24,000 bases of DNA. Origin: Nodosilinea sp. LEGE 07088. Its GTDB lineage: Bacteria; Cyanobacteriota; Cyanobacteriia; Phormidesmidales; Phormidesmidaceae. Of the stretch, positions 21,646 through 24,000 are shown in pieces. Each line of letters begins with the position of its first letter. Position 1 is the stretch's first letter. The DNA is taken from contig NZ_JADEWX010000057.1 of assembly GCF_015207395.1 (NCBI RefSeq), positions 7,235 through 31,234 of the forward strand, written 5' to 3'. The notes below the pieces were generated by a model. That model made no database searches. It saw only the letters and a program-made list of their open reading frames with translations, and had not been told where the DNA came from. The translations under genes were made by a program, and so were the position numbers.

Positions 21646-24000
21646 ATGACAGCCAGTCCTCCGGAGCAAAGGCAACCGGTCAGGGTTGTTGTCGATACTA
21701 ATCCGGTGCCCACATCTTTTGACAAATGGGCGCAGCCGGGTCATTTTGACCGCACCCTGGCCCGAGGCCCCAAAACCACCACCTGGATTTGGAATCTCCA
21801 CGCCGACGCCCACGACTTTGACAGCCACAACAGCGATTTAGAAGATATTTCGCGCCAGATTTTTTCGGCCCATTTTGGTCACCTGGCGGTGGTCTTTCTG
21901 TGGCTGAGCGGCATGTATTTTCACGGGGCCAGGTTTTCTAACTTTTCATCCTGGATGACCGACCCTGCTCACATCAAGCCCAGCGCCCAGGTGGTGTGGC
22001 CAATCTTTGGCCAAGAACTGCTCAACGCCGACATGGGCGACGGGTTCCGGGGCATTCAAATTACCTCGGGGTTGTTTCAAATGTGGCGGGGCGAGGGGTT
22101 TACCCACGAGTTCCAGCTGTTTTGGACGGCCATGGGGGCCCTGGTCATGGCGGCGCTGATGCTGTTTGCGGGCTGGTTTCACTACCATGTGCGCGCCCCT
22201 AAGCTGGAGTGGTTTCAGAATGTGCAGTCGATGCTCAACCACCACCTGGCGGGGCTGCTGGGTCTGGGCTCTTTAGGCTGGGCCGGGCACCTGATTCACG
22301 TGGCGGTGCCCACCAACAGACTGCTGGATGCGGGGGTGCCCTTGGACAAAGTTCCGCTGCCCCACGACTTTATTCTCAATAAAGCCCTGATGGTGGATCT
22401 GTACCCCAGCTTTGCCCAGGGAGTAAAGCCCTTTTTCACCCTGAACTGGTCGGCCTATACCGACTTTCTCACCTTTAAGGGGGGGCTCAACCCGGTCACT
22501 GGGGGACTGTGGATGACCGACATAGCTCACCACCATGTCGCCATTGCCGTGTTGTTCATCGTGGCGGGGCACATGTACCGCACCAACTTTGGCATTGGCC
22601 ACAGCATCAAAGTGATGCTAGAAGACGCCCGCACCCCCAAAATGCTGCCGTTTTTGAGCTTCATTGGGCCGGTAGGGCACCGGGGCCTATTTGAGGTACT
22701 GACGACTTCTTGGCATGCCCAACTGGCGATCAACCTGGCTATGCTCGGTTCGCTCAGCATTATTGTGGCTCAGCACATGTATGCCATGCCGCCCTACCCC
22801 TACCTGGCCACCGACTACGCCACGGTAACGTCGCTGTTTACCCACCACGTCTGGATTGGCGGCTTTCTAATTGTGGGGGCTGCGGCCCACGCCGCCATTT
22901 TTATGGTGCGCGACTACGACCCGGCCCAAAACGTCAACAACGTGCTGGACAGAACGCTGCGCCACCGGGACGCGATTATTTCGCACCTGGCCTGGGCCTG
23001 CCAGTTCCTGGGCTTCCACAGCTTTGCCATGTACTGTCACAACGACACCATGCGCGCCTTTGGTCGCCCCCAGGACATGTTTTCGGATACGGGCATTCAG
23101 CTGCAGCCGATTTTTGCCCAGTGGGTGCAGCACATTCAGACCATGGCGGTGGGGGCCAGCCTACAGGCGGCAGAGCCCTTGGGCAACGTGTTTGGCGGCC
23201 TACGCAATATTGATCTGGCGGGTATTGGGGTGACGGCCCCAGGGCTTAGCGGCCCGGTCAGCCATGCCTTTGGCGGCGGCGTGGTGGCCGTGGGCGGCAA
23301 GGTGGCGATGATGCCGATTCCCCTGGGCACCGCTGACTTTTTGATTCACCACATTCACGCCTTCACCATCCACGTAACGGTGCTGGTGCTGCTGAAGGGG
23401 GTGCTGTTTGCCCGCAGCTCTCGACTGATTCCCGATAAGGGCGAACTGGGCTTCCGCTTTCCCTGCGACGGGCCGGGGCGGGGTGGCACCTGCCAGGTTT
23501 CGGCCTGGGACCACGTCTTTCTGGGCCTGTTTTGGATGTATAACTCCCTGTCAATCGTGATTTTTCACTTTTTCTGGAAGATGCAGTCGGACGTGTGGGG
23601 CACGGTGGATGCCGACGGCACCATTGCCCACATTACGGGGGGCAACTTCGCCCAGTCGTCGATTACCAACAACGGCTGGCTGCGCGACTTTCTCTGGGCC
23701 CAGGCCAGCCAGGTGATTAGCTCCTACGGGTCGGCGCTGTCGGCCTACGGGCTGTTTTTCCTAGCCGGGCACTTTGTCTTTGGCTTTAGCCTGATGTTTT
23801 TGTTCAGCGGGCGGGGCTACTGGCAAGAGCTCATCGAGTCGATTGTCTGGGCCCACAACAAGCTGAAGATTACGACAGCGATTCAGCCCCGCGCCCTCAG
23901 TATTACCCAGGGTCGCGCCGTGGGGGCCGCCCACTACCTGCTGGGGGGCATTGTCACCACCTGGGCCTTTTTCCTGGCCCGCATGGCGGCGGTGGGGTAA
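21646..24000 (+). CDS. psaA2: Photosystem I P700 apoprotein A1, far-red paralog (complete; stop at 23998-24000)
   Basis: [37 protein letters not shown], the [17 protein letters not shown]-cluster loop, and a C-terminus ending ...[16 protein letters not shown] lies 7 nt upstream of ATG 21646. At 784 aa it carries loop insertions relative to the usual ~750 aa. Confidence 0.92.
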   Translation: MTASPPEQRQPVRVVVDTNPVPTSFDKWAQPGHFDRTLARGPKTTTWIWNLHADAHDFDSHNSDLEDISRQIFSAHFGHLAVVFLWLSGMYFHGARFSNFSSWMTDPAHIKPSAQVVWPIFGQELLNADMGDGFRGIQITSGLFQMWRGEGFTHEFQLFWTAMGALVMAALMLFAGWFHYHVRAPKLEWFQNVQSMLNHHLAGLLGLGSLGWAGHLIHVAVPTNRLLDAGVPLDKVPLPHDFILNKALMVDLYPSFAQGVKPFFTLNWSAYTDFLTFKGGLNPVTGGLWMTDIAHHHVAIAVLFIVAGHMYRTNFGIGHSIKVMLEDARTPKMLPFLSFIGPVGHRGLFEVLTTSWHAQLAINLAMLGSLSIIVAQHMYAMPPYPYLATDYATVTSLFTHHVWIGGFLIVGAAAHAAIFMVRDYDPAQNVNNVLDRTLRHRDAIISHLAWACQFLGFHSFAMYCHNDTMRAFGRPQDMFSDTGIQLQPIFAQWVQHIQTMAVGASLQAAEPLGNVFGGLRNIDLAGIGVTAPGLSGPVSHAFGGGVVAVGGKVAMMPIPLGTADFLIHHIHAFTIHVTVLVLLKGVLFARSSRLIPDKGELGFRFPCDGPGRGGTCQVSAWDHVFLGLFWMYNSLSIVIFHFFWKMQSDVWGTVDADGTIAHITGGNFAQSSITNNGWLRDFLWAQASQVISSYGSALSAYGLFFLAGHFVFGFSLMFLFSGRGYWQELIESIVWAHNKLKITTAIQPRALSITQGRAVGAAHYLLGGIVTTWAFFLARMAAVG

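Noticed and set aside
1-24000. Search for rfpA/rfpB/rfpC regulators, tRNA or rRNA genes, transposases and integrases
   Set aside because: None were recognisable in any frame of this window. The FaRLiP regulators and remaining psa paralogs presumably lie outside it.

Overview
Cyanobacterial chromosomal segment: GC-rich, with HIP1 octamers (GCGATCGC) throughout. Positions 1-5700 carry ordinary genes: a hypothetical membrane protein split over two frames, an SDR oxidoreductase, a stand-alone CHAT/caspase-like protein, a NIF3-family protein, a small secreted protein and an FtsH protease. From about 5.9 kb to the window end is a far-red light photoacclimation (FaRLiP) cluster. A long minus-strand array reads apcD5-apcB2-apcD2-apcE2-apcD3-psbD3-psbC2-psbB2-psbH2, then an unlisted 48-codon ORF, then psbA3. 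It is followed by psbO (+), a 44-codon orphan psbF missing from the ORF track (+), psbV (-), chlF/psbA4 (+) and psaA2 (+), whose stop codon ends at base 24000. rfpABC and the remaining psa paralogs are not in the window. The main non-coding result is a shared upstream architecture. Two TTCNN half-sites start 11 nt apart, and a -10-like hexamer follows after exactly 10 nt. It sits in gene-sense orientation at the head of each predicted transcription unit (apcD5, psbA3, psbO, chlF), and a fifth copy lies in an AT-rich island. The chlF and apcD5 copies share a 20-nt identical core. This is a candidate far-red-responsive promoter or activator site, inferred from sequence only. Other observations are GC-rich perfect palindromes between PSII cistrons, a GGCAGAA heptamer array with dispersed related elements, an ApcD paralog lacking the canonical bilin-binding Cys, an in-frame 12-nt tandem repeat in the apcE2 tail, and a lipobox on the PsbO paralog.
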